A stretch of 64,000 bases of DNA from Phycisphaeraceae bacterium (GTDB lineage: Bacteria > Planctomycetota > Phycisphaerae > Phycisphaerales > Zrk34), in contig JBBDRF010000012.1 in assembly GCA_040905565.1 (NCBI GenBank), forward strand, positions 32,001 to 96,000, given 5' to 3'. Shown piece after piece: positions 9,784-20,181 of this stretch. Each line of letters starts with the position of its first letter. Within the stretch, counting starts at the first letter, position 1. The position numbers were made by a program, and so were the translations under genes. The notes under the pieces were generated by a model, which did not search any database, had not been told where the DNA came from, and saw nothing but the letters and a program-made list of their open reading frames with translations.

Positions 9784-11097
9784 TCACGCTGGGATGTGAT
9801 GCGGGAGTGTCGGCCGGGTGATGGTGAACGGGGCGGCGATGGCGAGGGGGATGCCCACCATCCAGAAGGCGGTGAACGCGGGATCGTAGAGGCCGGTCCA
9901 ATCCTTGACCGCGCCGAAGATGAACGGCCCGGCACTGGTCGACGAAACCGCTAGGGTGGCCAGCAAACCGCGGATGCTGCCGATGTGTCGACGGCCGAAA
10001 TACCGGGGCCACAAGGGTGCCAGCGATGCGAGCAACAGGCCCTGCGTCACGCCCATCGCGATGCCGGCTGAGACCACCATCAGCCTGGAATCGGCCGCCT
10101 GCAGCAGCGCCAGCGAAACGGAGATGCCGGCCGTGCTGACCGCGATGAGCCAGGGCAACGGGACGCGGTCCGCCAGTGCACCGCCGATGAGGTGCGTCAC
10201 GGCAAGCGTGGCGGCAAACGCGGTGAACAGGGCGGCCACATCGAGTTCGCCCAGCCCTCGATCTTCGAAGAGCGGCATGATGTTGAACAGCACGCCCGTG
10301 TTCGCCATCCCCCAAAGCACCCAGGGCAGGGCGGCGAACCAGAAGGTGCGGGTGCGGATCGCTTGATTCAGCGTCAAGCCGATATCCAGCGGGGAGGGTT
10401 GATCGTCGGGCGGCGCATCGTCGTCATCATCAAAAGTGCGACCGTCGGTGCATTGGCCGACGTATTCGGGGCGATCGTGGAACAGCCACAGCAGCAACGG
10501 CAGCATCACGATCAGGATCGCACAGCCGACGATGAGGTACGCCGACCGCCAGCCGACGGCCTCGAGAAGCCAGAGGTTCATCGCGGGGACCACCGCAATC
10601 GCGCCGGCCATGCCCAGATGCCGGAACCCTTCGACGGTGCCAAGGCGTCGTTCGAACCAGAACGCCAGCGTGTTGCCGCTGAGCATGCTGAGGGCGCCCT
10701 GTCCGAACATGCGGAGCAGAAAAAACGCGAGGAACAGTGTGAACAGCCCCGAGGCCATGGCCGTTACGCCGCACGCTCCGGCCAGCAGCAGCACGGCGGC
10801 GATCTTCGAGCGTCGCAAACCGAAACGATCGGAGAGTATCCCGATGTAGCTCATCGGCAGCGAGGCCAGAAGCGTGCCGAACATGTACGCGCCGGTAAGT
10901 TGGCTGTGGCTGAGGCCGAGCTCGTTGCGGATGGCGCTGTTGAAGGGGGCCACGCCGAAGGTTTGCGCCGGCGCGGTTGAGATGGCGGCCAGCGTGGCGA
11001 TCGCGAGGATCACCCATCCGTAATAGATGCGACTGGCGAGAAAAGCGGAGACCGGGTGAATCGGCCCGGCATCGGGATGGCGATCGATCGTCGGCAT
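9784..11097 (-). CDS. MFS transporter
   Basis: About 12 hydrophobic segments; motif A-like GILSDRFGLRR and GALADRVP; YFGRRHIGSIRG. Confidence 0.88.
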   Translation of the reverse strand: MPTIDRHPDAGPIHPVSAFLASRIYYGWVILAIATLAAISTAPAQTFGVAPFNSAIRNELGLSHSQLTGAYMFGTLLASLPMSYIGILSDRFGLRRSKIAAVLLLAGACGVTAMASGLFTLFLAFFLLRMFGQGALSMLSGNTLAFWFERRLGTVEGFRHLGMAGAIAVVPAMNLWLLEAVGWRSAYLIVGCAILIVMLPLLLWLFHDRPEYVGQCTDGRTFDDDDDAPPDDQPSPLDIGLTLNQAIRTRTFWFAALPWVLWGMANTGVLFNIMPLFEDRGLGELDVAALFTAFAATLAVTHLIGGALADRVPLPWLIAVSTAGISVSLALLQAADSRLMVVSAGIAMGVTQGLLLASLAPLWPRYFGRRHIGSIRGLLATLAVSSTSAGPFIFGAVKDWTGLYDPAFTAFWMVGIPLAIAAPFTITRPTLPHHIPA

Positions 11098-11190
11098 ATT
11101 GCGTTCAGGAGCGTGGCGGATCGTGGTGGGCGTGGGTGGGCGAGCGCGGGTTGCAGACTCTATCGCTGCTGAGTCGCGGAAGCAATGCGG

Positions 11191-11916
11191 CTACGCTGCG
11201 TTCGTTTCACCCGCACGGGCGAGCACCACGGTGTTCGTCTCCGGGCGGTTGTGAAGCGGGTTGAAAAAGGTGATCTCGTGAAGTGCCACGCTCGCAAACA
11301 TGCTGCGAAGGTCTTGCAGGAAGGCTTCGCCGGGCACCTCGGCCGACCAGAGTCCGAAGATGCCGCCCGGCCGCAGGTGATGCTGCATCGCAACAAGCCC
11401 GCCTTCGCTGTAGAAGCGGCCATGGGAAGCGTTAAGCAGCGCCTCCGGCGCGTGATCGATATCAAGCAGGATGGCGTCGTAGCGGCCAGCTGAATCCTCC
11501 GGCAGTTGCTCGCGGAACTGGTCGAAGAAGTCGGCGTGCACGATCTCGCAGCGTGGATCGTCGACAAGTTGCGCCGCAGCGGGGACCAGCCTTTCACGAT
11601 GCCAATTGATGACCGGCGCGAGATACTCCACCACGCGAACCCGCCGAACGTTCGGATATTCAAGCGCGGCTGCTGCGGTATAGCCGAGCCCCAAGCCCCC
11701 GACGAGCACGTCGACAGGCCTATCGCCCAAAGCATCGAGCGCCAGCGTGGCCAGCGCCCGCTCGCTGTCGTTGATGAGACTGGACATCAGAAATTCGCCG
11801 TTGAGCGTGACCTCGTGGATCTCCGTCCCCGGCAGCGTGGCCGACGCCCGCACACGCAAACTCAACTCCCCCAACGGCGTGTCCTGATTATCCAGTTCCT
11901 GAAAACGTAAACGCAT
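11191..11916 (-). CDS. Spermidine-synthase-like SAM-dependent methyltransferase
   Basis: VLVGGLGLGYTA SAM-binding motif, YDAILLDIDHAP, LRPGG. Start at MRLRFQELD chosen. Confidence 0.75.
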   Translation of the reverse strand: MRLRFQELDNQDTPLGELSLRVRASATLPGTEIHEVTLNGEFLMSSLINDSERALATLALDALGDRPVDVLVGGLGLGYTAAAALEYPNVRRVRVVEYLAPVINWHRERLVPAAAQLVDDPRCEIVHADFFDQFREQLPEDSAGRYDAILLDIDHAPEALLNASHGRFYSEGGLVAMQHHLRPGGIFGLWSAEVPGEAFLQDLRSMFASVALHEITFFNPLHNRPETNTVVLARAGETNAA

Positions 11917-12086
11917 TTTTGCCAACCAAAGGAGATTGCTGCACAGAGAGGTAAAGCGATACCCGGGGGGACGATCATAAAGCCTCCGGCCCCTCGGAGC
12001 GAGACGAAGGGCACCTGTGGCGATTGTCCGGTTGCAGCGAAGCATCAGCGACGGTTGTGCGCAGTCTAGGTAGCCATGGTCTTTGG

Positions 12087-13229
12087 TCAGGCGGTGGTCT
12101 CAGCTTCGGAGAAGGTGAAGGCCGGCAGGCGAACGATTTCGCCTCCCTTCTCTGCCGACTCATGAGCGCACAGCCCGGTGCAGGTCCAGTTTGCCGACTG
12201 GCGTGCGTTGGGGAACGGCTGGCGGTCTTCGGTGAGTGCGGTGAGGAATTCGTGGACCATGTGCGGATGCGAGCCGCCGTGGCCGCCGCCCTGCACGAAC
12301 GAAAGGTGCGCGTGCTCGTCGGCATCGTAGACGCCGGCCTGGGTGAACGAGGCGATCTCGTCAGGCAGCAAGTGGCCGTAGTCCGGCACCTTGACCCGCT
12401 CGGGGATCTCAGGCTCGGGCTTCTTAGCGGTGTGGATGACCGGGTCTTCCCCCTCGATCAGAGGCCATTCATAGCTCTTCTTTGAGCCGTAGACATTGAT
12501 CGATTCACGGTACTGCCGGGCCACATCAAACAGCGAGCGGTAAATGTGAGCCGAGAGGTCCGAATCCTTCAGCTTGATGTGACAGGTTTCCACAGCGAAC
12601 GGCGAGCCGGATTTCTGCGCCAACCGATCTTCGACCTTCCCCGAGCCGAAACACGAGACGTACTCCGCGTCCCCCTGCACAAGCCCGAGCATCGGACTCA
12701 CCACATGCGTCGCATAGTGCATCGGCACCATCGCTTCCCAATAGCTCGGCCACCCTTCCATGTCCTGCGGGTGCGACGCCTGGAGGTATTGAATGCGGCC
12801 GAGTTCGCCGTTGTCGTAAAGCTCCTTCACGAAGAGGTACTCACGGCTGTAGACGACCGTTTCCATCATCATGTACTTCAGGCCCGTCTTTTCGACGAGG
12901 TCGACGATCTGCCGACAGTCTTCGATGCTTGTCGCCATCGGCACGGTGCACGCGACATGCTTGCCCGCTTTCAATGCTGCGATGGACTGAGCGGCATGCG
13001 CCTGGATCGGCGAGTTGATGTGCACAATGTCAACGTCGGGATCGGCCAGCAGATCCTCATAGCGGCTGTATCGCTTCTCGACGCCGAACTGGTCGCCCAC
13101 CTCGTTCAACTTGCTCTCGGTCCGCTGGCAGATGGCGTACATGTTCGCCAGGGGGTGACGCTGATAGATCGGGATGAATTCAGCGCCGAAACCAAGTCCG
13201 ACAATCGCGACATTCAGTTTTTTGCTCAT
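12087..13229 (-). CDS. Gfo/Idh/MocA-family oxidoreductase (cytoplasmic)
   Basis: VAIVGLGFG Rossmann motif, AGKHVACTVP, GGGHGGSHPH C-terminus. Immediately downstream of the PVC dehydrogenase gene. Confidence 0.85.
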   Translation of the reverse strand: MSKKLNVAIVGLGFGAEFIPIYQRHPLANMYAICQRTESKLNEVGDQFGVEKRYSRYEDLLADPDVDIVHINSPIQAHAAQSIAALKAGKHVACTVPMATSIEDCRQIVDLVEKTGLKYMMMETVVYSREYLFVKELYDNGELGRIQYLQASHPQDMEGWPSYWEAMVPMHYATHVVSPMLGLVQGDAEYVSCFGSGKVEDRLAQKSGSPFAVETCHIKLKDSDLSAHIYRSLFDVARQYRESINVYGSKKSYEWPLIEGEDPVIHTAKKPEPEIPERVKVPDYGHLLPDEIASFTQAGVYDADEHAHLSFVQGGGHGGSHPHMVHEFLTALTEDRQPFPNARQSANWTCTGLCAHESAEKGGEIVRLPAFTFSEAETTA

Positions 13230-13282
13230 GGCTAGTCTTTCGTGAGGGCGGCTATCAAAGCAGGAAAAGTCGTTGGAAAGGC

Positions 13283-16200
13283 TCACTCGACGATCAGGAT
13301 ACCGTTCATGATGCGCCAGTGTCCGGGGAACGTGCAGACGAAGGGATACCTGCCCGGCTCCTGCGGCGCGGTGAACGTCAGCGTGTATGCTTCGTGCGGA
13401 TTCACCATCGGTGTGGCAAACAGCACGTCGTCGGTCTTGGGCACGTAGTGCTGCTCGATTGCCTCGGCTGAGCCGATCATCTGATCCGCGAGTTGCCCGA
13501 CGCGCTCGAGCGAATCGGGCTTGAGGATCAGCAGGTTGTGCTGCATGTGGTCGTTGTTGGTGAACGTGAGGCGGACGTCTTGCCCAGCATCCACAGTGAT
13601 CGTCTCCTGATCAAAGCGGATGAGGTTCGCCAGCACCCCGAGCTCGATAACGCGGGTGTCACCGTCGATGACGACTTCGTGGTCGGTCGCCCCGCCGCCG
13701 GCCTGAGCGCGGGCGTGGGTTTCAACGCGACCGACGATGCGCTGAGCGCGGTCGTCGGGGGCACTTTCAAGGGCGACGAGTTGAACATCATCGAACCAGG
13801 CGGTGCCGGTGGCTGAGCCCCATCCGCCGAAGAGCGCGTTGATGGTCAGCGACGTTCGGTTGCCCGAGTTGAAGGAGGTCTCGACGCGGGTCCAGTCGTT
13901 GTCGCCCTCAAGGCCGGTCGTGCGGGCGCCCTCTGCCCCTTGCAGTTCGTGGACGTTGAATAGTGCCCCGTGGGCGTTGCCTTGGGTGGCGATGTTCTCG
14001 GTGCGAATCCACCCGGAAAGCCGGTATCGCGTGCCGGGCTGGACTTCGACATTGGTGTACCAGCTCGTGTCTGATCCGCTCTCGGAACTGATGCGCACGG
14101 CGTGTCCCTGTTCACGGCCTTCGTCCACGCGGTGCGCGGCGACGCCTTGATAGTTACGTATCGACCAACCGGCCGGCGAGCCGTTCTCAAGATCAGTGAA
14201 CGAGAGGTTCGCCAGCTGGTTCGGCAAAACGTCTTCCGCTTCGTCTTCCTCATGAGCTGTGTGGAAGCTCGGATCGGCGTGGGCTGCGGCGAGGAAACCG
14301 CCAATGTGTTGCACCGCGGCGAAGGTCAGGGCGTCGTCCATGATCCGATCGCCTTCGCTGCGGTTCGCAGCAATACGCTGATAGACGGCTCGGCCGACGG
14401 CGTCGGCATGCGGCTGATCGGCAAGCGCGAGCAGGGCGGCGAGTCGAACCTGCACGTCGTCATCTTCGATGAGCCCGGCCTCGAGGATCGCCTGCGCCAT
14501 CGTCGCATCCGTCGGCAGCACCTGTACCGCGTTCCGCCTCACGCCTGCCGACGGATGCCGAAGCGCCGCAACGGCTGCGCCCGAGGCCTCGTTGCCCAAT
14601 TCGATGGCACCAAGGCCGTGCAGTGTCCAGAGGGCGTGGATGGCTCCAACGTTGAGCCCGATCGCATCAACGGACTGATCCTCAACCAGCGTGATGAGTT
14701 GCTCGGCGACGTCGCGGTCGCCGCGTTCCACCAGCAGCCGCTGGGCGTGGCGACGCCAGAGCAGGTTGTGATGGCGGAGCGTTTCGACCAGCCGCTGCGG
14801 CTCTGCGTTGTGAAGCGAGAGCGGCTGCTGATCGTCGCCGCCGGTGTAGACGATGCGGTAGATGCGGCCGTGTCGGCGGTCACGCAAGTCACTGACGTAG
14901 GCGTTGCCGTCGCCGGTTTCGTGGCCCGCGGGCGTGGGGTTGTGCTGGACGATGAACGCGTACCAGTCGAGCACCCAGACATGACCATCCGGCCCGACCT
15001 CCGCCATGATCGGCGAGGCCCACTCGTCATCGCTCGCCAGCAGATTCGACGGATTGTGCGAGCGGTAGTCGGCCCCATCACCGTCAATCAAAAACTCGCC
15101 GACCAGATTCCCCGTTGGATCGGTCACGAACGCGACGCGGTTCCAGTAGTGCTTCGGCCAGGTGCGGGCGGTGTAGAGGGCGTGCCCCGCGGCGGAGGTG
15201 TAGCCGCCGTGGACGTCGACCTGGCGAATGTTTCGCGTCATGTTGAGGAAACGGGCCCGGTCGGCGATGCCGTTGAGGGTGCTGGCTTCCAGATCGTGCA
15301 CCCGGTCGTAGTAGCGGCGGGCGATGGGCATGTGATCGCTGGGGTTGTTGTTCGCGGTGGAGGGGAAGACGCTGCCTTCTTCGCTGAAGCCGAGGCCCCA
15401 GGTGTTGTTGTTGGTTCGCCTCAGGAATTCGAGTGCGGAGCCGTCCGGTTTGAAACGATGGACGCCCATGCCGAACGTCTGCCGTTCGCCGTTGACTTCG
15501 CCTGCGAACCCGGCGTAACCGGTCGTGCCCCATATCCAGTTATCGAGCCCGTATTGCATGTTGCTCGGCCCGGCATGGGTGTCGTTCTGATGCCAACCCG
15601 TGATGAGGCGCTGACGCACATCCGCTTTGCCGTCGCCGGTCGTGTCCTTCAGGAACAGCGTATGCGGCGCCTGCTGCACGATGACACCGCCGTTCGCGAA
15701 GGTCAGCGAGGTCGGAATGTTCAGACCTTCGGCGAAGACCTGAAACGAATCGGCCTTACCGTCGCCGGTGGTGTCCTCGAGAATGCTGATGCGATCGCGC
15801 CCCTCGCCCTGGGGCCGAATCTCGTTGGGGTAGTCCTGAGTCTCAGCGATCCAGAGGCGACCGCGCTCATCCCATGCCATCGCGATCGGCTTGCGAATGT
15901 CCGGCTCGGCGGCGAAGAGTTGAAGTTCGAAACCCGCTGGCAAAATGTAGCGGCGTTGCGAATCCTCCGGCGAGAGCGGCAACTGCATCTGCTGCCATTC
16001 GCTGTCGCCACTTCGGTCGCCGCCCGGTGCGTAGAAGGGGACATCCTGTTCAACGTACTCAAACGGTTGATGCAGTTCTCGCTGAGCGAGTACCTTGGGC
16101 ACGTCCTGCTTGACCGACCAGCGGATGCCGCGTTCGATCAGATCGTGAAATTCGGGCTGTGCGAACGTGCGTTGATCGTGGCCCCAGGCGGTGTAGAAGA

Positions 16201-16843
16201 CCCGGCCGTCGCCGTGGGTACGCAGCCATGTGTAGGGCTCGTCCTCGCGGTACTCGATGACGGTGCGGTCTTCGTTGTGGCGATGATGGACATAGGATTC
16301 ATCCCAGCTTTCGAATCCTTCGTAGCCGACGAAGTCGCGCGGCATGTCTTCAACAACGCGCGTGCGGAAGACGCCGGCGCCGTGGCTTTGAAACTGTGCA
16401 CCGACGAGTTCGATGTAATCATCGGAGTTGTGGAAGCAGAAGGAGGCGGAATGGATGGCGACGAGTCCGCCGCCGTTGTCCACGTAACGCAGCAGGGCAG
16501 CTTCCTGCTCGGCGGAAATCTGCTCAATGTTGGCGTAGATGATCAGCGCGTCGTACGCGTCCATGGTGGGGTACGTCAGCGCGTCCATGTTCTGCGTGTA
16601 GTGGATCTCGATGTCCCGGTCGAGCATGGCGGGGACGAGCTGTCGAGCGCGGTCGGGCGGACGGTGACTGGCTTCGTCGCCGAGCCACATCACACGCAGC
16701 CGTGAATCCTCGCCCTGCCCGGCCTCGGCAGCATCCACATCGCGTGGCATCCCTGCGCACGCCGTCAGCAGCACAACTGTTGCGACTGTTACGCCCGCGA
16801 TGCCGGCTACCCAAGTTCCTGCGCGTACCGCTTTATCGTTCAT
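13283..16843 (-). CDS. PVC-type membrane-bound dehydrogenase lipoprotein: ThuA-like + beta-propeller + HEAT repeats + CBM-like + cupredoxin
   Basis: Lipobox LLTAC; ThuA-like GRVFYTAWGH; propeller motifs (FAAEPDIRKPIAMAWDERGRLW, DTTGDGKAD, VGPDGHVWVLDWY, DRRHGRIYRI); HEAT-like helices; CBM4/9-like beta-sandwich (PGTRYRLSGWIRT, AWFDDVQL); C-terminal HN...CTFPGHWRIM. Confidence 0.82.
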   Translation of the reverse strand: MNDKAVRAGTWVAGIAGVTVATVVLLTACAGMPRDVDAAEAGQGEDSRLRVMWLGDEASHRPPDRARQLVPAMLDRDIEIHYTQNMDALTYPTMDAYDALIIYANIEQISAEQEAALLRYVDNGGGLVAIHSASFCFHNSDDYIELVGAQFQSHGAGVFRTRVVEDMPRDFVGYEGFESWDESYVHHRHNEDRTVIEYREDEPYTWLRTHGDGRVFYTAWGHDQRTFAQPEFHDLIERGIRWSVKQDVPKVLAQRELHQPFEYVEQDVPFYAPGGDRSGDSEWQQMQLPLSPEDSQRRYILPAGFELQLFAAEPDIRKPIAMAWDERGRLWIAETQDYPNEIRPQGEGRDRISILEDTTGDGKADSFQVFAEGLNIPTSLTFANGGVIVQQAPHTLFLKDTTGDGKADVRQRLITGWHQNDTHAGPSNMQYGLDNWIWGTTGYAGFAGEVNGERQTFGMGVHRFKPDGSALEFLRRTNNNTWGLGFSEEGSVFPSTANNNPSDHMPIARRYYDRVHDLEASTLNGIADRARFLNMTRNIRQVDVHGGYTSAAGHALYTARTWPKHYWNRVAFVTDPTGNLVGEFLIDGDGADYRSHNPSNLLASDDEWASPIMAEVGPDGHVWVLDWYAFIVQHNPTPAGHETGDGNAYVSDLRDRRHGRIYRIVYTGGDDQQPLSLHNAEPQRLVETLRHHNLLWRRHAQRLLVERGDRDVAEQLITLVEDQSVDAIGLNVGAIHALWTLHGLGAIELGNEASGAAVAALRHPSAGVRRNAVQVLPTDATMAQAILEAGLIEDDDVQVRLAALLALADQPHADAVGRAVYQRIAANRSEGDRIMDDALTFAAVQHIGGFLAAAHADPSFHTAHEEDEAEDVLPNQLANLSFTDLENGSPAGWSIRNYQGVAAHRVDEGREQGHAVRISSESGSDTSWYTNVEVQPGTRYRLSGWIRTENIATQGNAHGALFNVHELQGAEGARTTGLEGDNDWTRVETSFNSGNRTSLTINALFGGWGSATGTAWFDDVQLVALESAPDDRAQRIVGRVETHARAQAGGGATDHEVVIDGDTRVIELGVLANLIRFDQETITVDAGQDVRLTFTNNDHMQHNLLILKPDSLERVGQLADQMIGSAEAIEQHYVPKTDDVLFATPMVNPHEAYTLTFTAPQEPGRYPFVCTFPGHWRIMNGILIVE

Positions 16844-17050
16844 GGTTGACCCGTCTGTTGAGAGAGCTTTGATGATGTCACAACGTCAAGGTACCGCGCG
16901 CCGTACCTCGACGGCCATGAAATTTTGCGTCAGACACTTGATGAATTTCACCGACTCGAAGATCGCAGCTTCTGTTAGGTAGATATACATAGTCGGGTAT
17001 AATCGGCTTCTGCTTTGCCAGGCGTCCGCGCAGGAACTGAGGTTTTTTGC

Positions 17051-18277
17051 ATGCACGATTCATCTCTGATCGGTCACGATTCGTCTTCGCGTGCGTCGGG
17101 TGCGCCACTTAATGGCAGCAAACGAAGGCGCGTGGCACTGATCGTTGAAACCTCCAACGAGTATGCCCGCGGCATCCTATACGGACTGCGTGCTTATATC
17201 CGAGAGCATGAATCATGGGAGATCTATCTCGGCGAGCATAGCCGGGGTGAGGCGGCGCCTGCCTGGCTCGCGCGGTGGGACGGCGACGGCATCATCGCGC
17301 GGATTGAGAACGAAACGATCGCCCGCGCCGTCGGACGCTCCAAGCGACCCACCGTGGATGTGAGTGCCGCAAGGCTGCTGCCCGACCTTCCCTGGGTCGA
17401 GACGAACGACACGATGATCGGCCGTCTCGCTTTGGATCATCTGCTCGACCGCGGCTTCCGCCGGTTCGGATATTGCGGTGACGCCCGGTTTAACTGGTCT
17501 CGCTGGCGGGGCGAATCGTTCGCGGCTCTGGTTCGCGAAGCCGGGCACGCCTGCGACATGTTCGACATCGCGCCCCGGGCGGGGGGATCGGCATCATGGC
17601 TTCAGCAGCGACGACGACTGATCCGATGGGTCCAGCGGCTTCCCAAGCCCGTCGGCGTGTTCGTGTGTTATGACCAACTTGGCCAGCAGTTGCTCGAAGC
17701 GTGCCGAACCGCCTCGGTGGCGGTGCCCGAGGAGATCGCGGCCCTGGGGGTGGATAACGACGAGCTTCTTTGTGATCTGGCGGACCCGCCGCTTTCCAGC
17801 GTGATTCTCGACGCCCACCGCACCGGCTACGAAGCTGCCGCCCTGCTCGACCGCATGATGCACGGTCAGACCGTCGATAAGAAGGGGAAGCTGATTGCGC
17901 CGCTGGGGATCGTGACGCGGAACTCGACGGACATCTCCGCCATTGACGATCCGGAGGTCGCCGAGGCCATGCGTTTCATCCGCCGGCATGCCTGTCAGGG
18001 CATCAATGTCGACGATGTGCTCAAGCGCGTCACCATCTCCCGCCGCATTCTCGAGAGCCGATTCGGCAAATTGATCGGGCGGTCGCCTCACGAGGAGATC
18101 GTGCGTGTTCGCCTGGCGCGTGTGAAGGAGCTACTGACCGAGACGCCGCTTTCTATCCAGGAGATCGCCCACCGCACCGGCTTTCGGCACGTGGAGTACC
18201 TCAGTGCCGCCTTCCGCAAGAGCGTCGGCGTACCTCCAAGCGTCTACCGCAATCAGGCCGGCGCGACGATTCGATAG
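17051..18277 (+). CDS. XylR-type transcriptional regulator (LacI-like sensor + AraC HTH)
   Basis: RVALIVETSNEYARGIL, WDGDGIIARI, VPEEIAALGVDND, C-terminal AraC HTH (EIAHRTGFRHVEYLSAAFRKSVGVPPSVYR). Confidence 0.9.
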   Translation: MHDSSLIGHDSSSRASGAPLNGSKRRRVALIVETSNEYARGILYGLRAYIREHESWEIYLGEHSRGEAAPAWLARWDGDGIIARIENETIARAVGRSKRPTVDVSAARLLPDLPWVETNDTMIGRLALDHLLDRGFRRFGYCGDARFNWSRWRGESFAALVREAGHACDMFDIAPRAGGSASWLQQRRRLIRWVQRLPKPVGVFVCYDQLGQQLLEACRTASVAVPEEIAALGVDNDELLCDLADPPLSSVILDAHRTGYEAAALLDRMMHGQTVDKKGKLIAPLGIVTRNSTDISAIDDPEVAEAMRFIRRHACQGINVDDVLKRVTISRRILESRFGKLIGRSPHEEIVRVRLARVKELLTETPLSIQEIAHRTGFRHVEYLSAAFRKSVGVPPSVYRNQAGATIR

Positions 18278-18295
18278 CAGTCGAGGCTGGAGGGA

Positions 18296-19513
18296 TCAGT
18301 TCTCCGCTGCCCAGGTACGGATGGAGGGGAGCACCGCTTCGTGCAAAAGAATCTTGACGCAAGCGACGAGCGGAATGCAAAGGATCAGCCCGTAGAGCCC
18401 GCCGAGCGCGCCGCCGACGAACACGACGATCAGAATGGTCACGATCGACATGTCCAGACTACGGCCTTGGATTACCGGCGTCAGGAGCCAGCCTTCCATG
18501 CCCTGCACCACGAGGTAGACGAAGCTTGGCCAGAAGACCACAAGCCAGAAGTCGAATGCCGCGGCTTGCGTTTCCCCGCCACCGGAGTCCAGCGTGTTCA
18601 GCCACATCAGGCCCACCGCGAGCGGCCAACCGACGATCGACGCAAACGGCACCAGACTCAGCAGCCCCGACGCCATCCCGAGCAGGAACCAGTAGGGCAC
18701 GCCGACAATCGCCCAGCCGATGCTGAACATCGCACCCATGATCAAGGCGATGACCACCCTGGCGCGGAAGAACGTGGCCACCGTCTGATCCATCTTGCCC
18801 AGCAGTTCCAACGCGCGATCGCGCCGGTTCGCAGGAATGAAGGGCTTGAAAAAGCGGAGAATGGCGTCGAAATGCCAGGCAAAGAAGAAGAAGTAGACCG
18901 CGATCAGAAACAGGCTCATCACGACGTAGACGCCCACGCCGATGACCTGCCCGATCACGCCGAAGACCCGACTGGTGCCCGCGAAGATCGTGCCGAGCGC
19001 TCCGACGATGAAGCCCCCCGGGTCGGCCTGAAGGTCCTCCGCCCACTGCTGGACGTCCGATTGCAATGACCCCAGTTCCAGGTCGAAGTGGTTCGCCAGC
19101 GCGGTCAGACGGGTGGGCAGATCGCGGGCAAGGTCCTCAAGTTGGCTGTAAAACTTCGGGCCCATCCACGCCAGCAAGCCCAAGCCGACCAGCGCCAGGC
19201 TCAGCATCAGCAGCGCCACCACCACGGGCCTGGAGAACCTGCTCTGGGCCTCGCCGAAGCGGATGATCGGCTGAAACAGGTACGCCAAGGCAAAGGCGAC
19301 AAGGACGGGCGTGAAGATTGATCGCAGCGCATAACCCAGCCAGATGGCGCCGATGGTCACGGTAAGCGCGACGACGATCCAGAACAGATCGCGGACCGCC
19401 TGCACCTGCCAGAGCCGACGGTCGTGCCAGGGGGGCAGGGGGGGCGGAGGCGACGGGGTGGGCGCCCGGCGGGGCGGGACGGGATCGGAATCGACAGAAG
19501 CGTTACCGGACAT
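18296..19513 (-). CDS. AI-2E (PerM/UPF0118) family membrane protein
   Basis: AFALAYLFQP, GLLSLVPF, VQGMEGWLLTPVIQG, GGALGGLYGLILCIPLVA. Confidence 0.85.
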   Translation of the reverse strand: MSGNASVDSDPVPPRRAPTPSPPPPLPPWHDRRLWQVQAVRDLFWIVVALTVTIGAIWLGYALRSIFTPVLVAFALAYLFQPIIRFGEAQSRFSRPVVVALLMLSLALVGLGLLAWMGPKFYSQLEDLARDLPTRLTALANHFDLELGSLQSDVQQWAEDLQADPGGFIVGALGTIFAGTSRVFGVIGQVIGVGVYVVMSLFLIAVYFFFFAWHFDAILRFFKPFIPANRRDRALELLGKMDQTVATFFRARVVIALIMGAMFSIGWAIVGVPYWFLLGMASGLLSLVPFASIVGWPLAVGLMWLNTLDSGGGETQAAAFDFWLVVFWPSFVYLVVQGMEGWLLTPVIQGRSLDMSIVTILIVVFVGGALGGLYGLILCIPLVACVKILLHEAVLPSIRTWAAEN

Positions 19514-19526
19514 TAACACTCATTTC

Positions 19527-19958
19527 TCAGGTTTGCTGGACCGCATCGGGCTCAAAACCCGCCGTCGGAACGCGGTCGAGCGGGATGGTCGCGAGCATGG
19601 CATCATCGAGATCGAAAACGCCGTCGAAATCGCGCACCGAGTCCGACTCTGTCGCCTGCATCAGCCCGGCATCAACCATGGCGAACACGATGCGGCCAAA
19701 GTCCTCCGTACGGTTGATGCGCCAGCGGCGCAGGACCGTACGTGCCATGTGACCGTACTGGTCGATGGCGAAGTCCCGCAGGCCCAGTGAGAGCTGATCG
19801 CCGGAGACGTGGCGTTCCTGCTCGGTCAGTTTCTCGGGCTGGGAATGTGCCCGGTGGACGGTGTAGTCGAGTCCCCGACGCACGAAGTGAAACGCATCGA
19901 GCGGGTAATGGGTGCGGCTTGCTGCCTCGCGGAGGGTGATCACTTGCGTCTCGCTCAT
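19527..19958 (-). CDS. Minf_1886-family (PVC-restricted) protein
   Basis: YPLDAFHFVRRGL, RHVSGDQLSLGLRDFAIDQYGHMARTVLRRW, TEDFGRIVFAMV, DF-D-VFD pattern recalled for this family. Confidence 0.75.
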   Translation of the reverse strand: MSETQVITLREAASRTHYPLDAFHFVRRGLDYTVHRAHSQPEKLTEQERHVSGDQLSLGLRDFAIDQYGHMARTVLRRWRINRTEDFGRIVFAMVDAGLMQATESDSVRDFDGVFDLDDAMLATIPLDRVPTAGFEPDAVQQT

Positions 19959-20181
19959 CTAGGCGTACCTCTCAAGTTCGGCCAGGAAAACACTAAAAGC
20001 ATAGCGGCCGTCACTCCGACTATTCAAGAGATGCTCTGCTATCGGGAACGCCCCGATACGCCCAAACGTCTTTTCCCCTCCCGCCGGCAAGGAAGTATAG
20101 CAATCCAAAAATTCTCGGTCGAGACCCTTTTTGAGGCCGAAATCGGGCTCGCGGAGGGCGGTTTGCTCCATCGCAGCGAAG

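Noticed and set aside
11191..11916. Assignment as speE
   Set aside because: Only the SAM-binding fold is clear; it resembles the uncharacterised spermidine-synthase-like group.
14102..16705. Long antisense ORFs (867 aa here; also 1429-2667, 28114-29841, 33658-35232, 41331-43337, 44777-46300 and others)
   Set aside because: They mirror well-supported genes on the opposite strand, as expected from codon bias in high-GC DNA, and have no recognisable motifs.
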